From: Candidatus Entotheonellaceae bacterium
Lineage (GTDB): Bacteria; Tectomicrobia; Entotheonellia; Entotheonellales; Entotheonellaceae
Assembly: GCA_965238075.1 (NCBI GenBank)
Contig: OZ250173.1
Location: 1,184,001-1,248,000, forward strand
Direction: 5' to 3'
DNA: 64,000 bases
Shown here: positions 63,124-64,000 of the stretch, one piece after another
How the letters are laid out: every line of letters starts with the position of its first letter
How positions within the stretch are numbered: the first letter of the stretch is position 1
The notes under the pieces: generated by a model
What the model saw: only the letters and a program-made list of their open reading frames with translations
What the model was told of the DNA's origin: nothing
The model's database searches: none
Translations under genes and position numbers: made by a program

Positions 63124-64000
63124 ATGCGAATCGTTGTCCACGGTCAACAAGCCTTCGGCAAAGGCATTCTGGAAGCGCTGCTGAACCGCGGCGAGGACGT
63201 CGTTGGCGTGTTCTGCGCCCCGGCTGCCCCCGGTGGGCGCGTCGATCCGTTGCAGGAAGCCGCTGAGAGCCACAACTTGCCGGTGTACCAACCCAAGTCG
63301 TACCGCAAGCCGGAAGTGCGGGACACCTTTGCAGCACTGGAAAGCGACCTGTGCGTGATGGCCTACGTGACGCTGTTCGTCCCCGAAGAGGTGTTGAATC
63401 TGCCGCGCCTCGGCACCATTCAGTACCACCCGTCGCTGCTGCCGCGCCACCGCGGGCCGAGTTCGATCAACTGGCCGATCATCTGGGGCGAGAAGCGGAC
63501 AGGCCTGACGATTTTCTGGCCGGACAACGGGCTTGATACGGGGCCGGTTCTGCTGCAGAAGACCGTCGATATCGCCGATACGGATACGCTGGGAAGCCTC
63601 TATTTCGACCAGCTTTACCCCCTGGGGGTGGAGGCGATGCTGGAAGCGGTGGATCAGGTCCGGGATGGTACGGCGCCCAAAATTCCGCAGAATGAGACGG
63701 ACGCCACCTACGAAGGCTGGTGCCGCAAGGAGCAGGTCGAGATCGACTGGAGCCAGCCCCTCGACGCGGTTTGGAATCTCATCCGCGGCGCCGACCCGCA
63801 GCCCGGCGCCTGGAGCACGCACGCCGGACAGGAGGTACAGATCCACGATGCCCGCAGACTCCCCGGCACATCCGCCAGCCATCCCGGCGAAGTGACCGCC
63901 GTGGATGAAAACGGCATCACCGTTGCCGCTTTAGGCGGCCACCTTGCCATCCAGCGCGTCAGGCCCGCCGGCGGCAAGAAAATGGCCGCCGGCGCCTTTG
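63124..64000 (+). CDS. Formyltransferase (Fmt/10-formyl-THF hydrolase fold), runs off window end
   Basis: Manual translation MRIVVHGQQAFGKGILEALL...QYHPSLLPRHRGPSSINWPI...DNGLDTGP; GAGGAG RBS; missing from ORF track. Confidence 0.85.
   Translation, partial: MRIVVHGQQAFGKGILEALLNRGEDVVGVFCAPAAPGGRVDPLQEAAESHNLPVYQPKSYRKPEVRDTFAALESDLCVMAYVTLFVPEEVLNLPRLGTIQYHPSLLPRHRGPSSINWPIIWGEKRTGLTIFWPDNGLDTGPVLLQKTVDIADTDTLGSLYFDQLYPLGVEAMLEAVDQVRDGTAPKIPQNETDATYEGWCRKEQVEIDWSQPLDAVWNLIRGADPQPGAWSTHAGQEVQIHDARRLPGTSASHPGEVTAVDENGITVAALGGHLAIQRVRPAGGKKMAAGAF

Overview
GC-rich bacterial window that mixes housekeeping genes (parE-parC, panB, xth) with many transporters and oxidoreductases, an imuB-dnaE2 cassette, a benzoyl-CoA (box) cluster and two defence regions. 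Main signals: (1) A four-helix-bundle (IVP/Avd-like) gene flanked by 37-bp heptamer-periodic inverted repeats is nested out of frame inside a Type III R-M mod gene, whose frame stays open across the insert. A cargo-less hairpin of the same style sits in frame in the partner res gene. (2) A rhodanese has TGA at its catalytic Cys position followed by a SECIS-like hairpin, making it a probable selenoprotein that the ORF track truncates. (3) A type I-E CRISPR-Cas locus has collapsed: intact cas3, then hicBA, then a 20-codon casA stub joined directly to a 2-repeat array, all between two diverged ~700-bp direct repeats. (4) An intergenic repeat appears to have inserted in frame into parE. All calls come from reading motifs by eye; no database searches were run.
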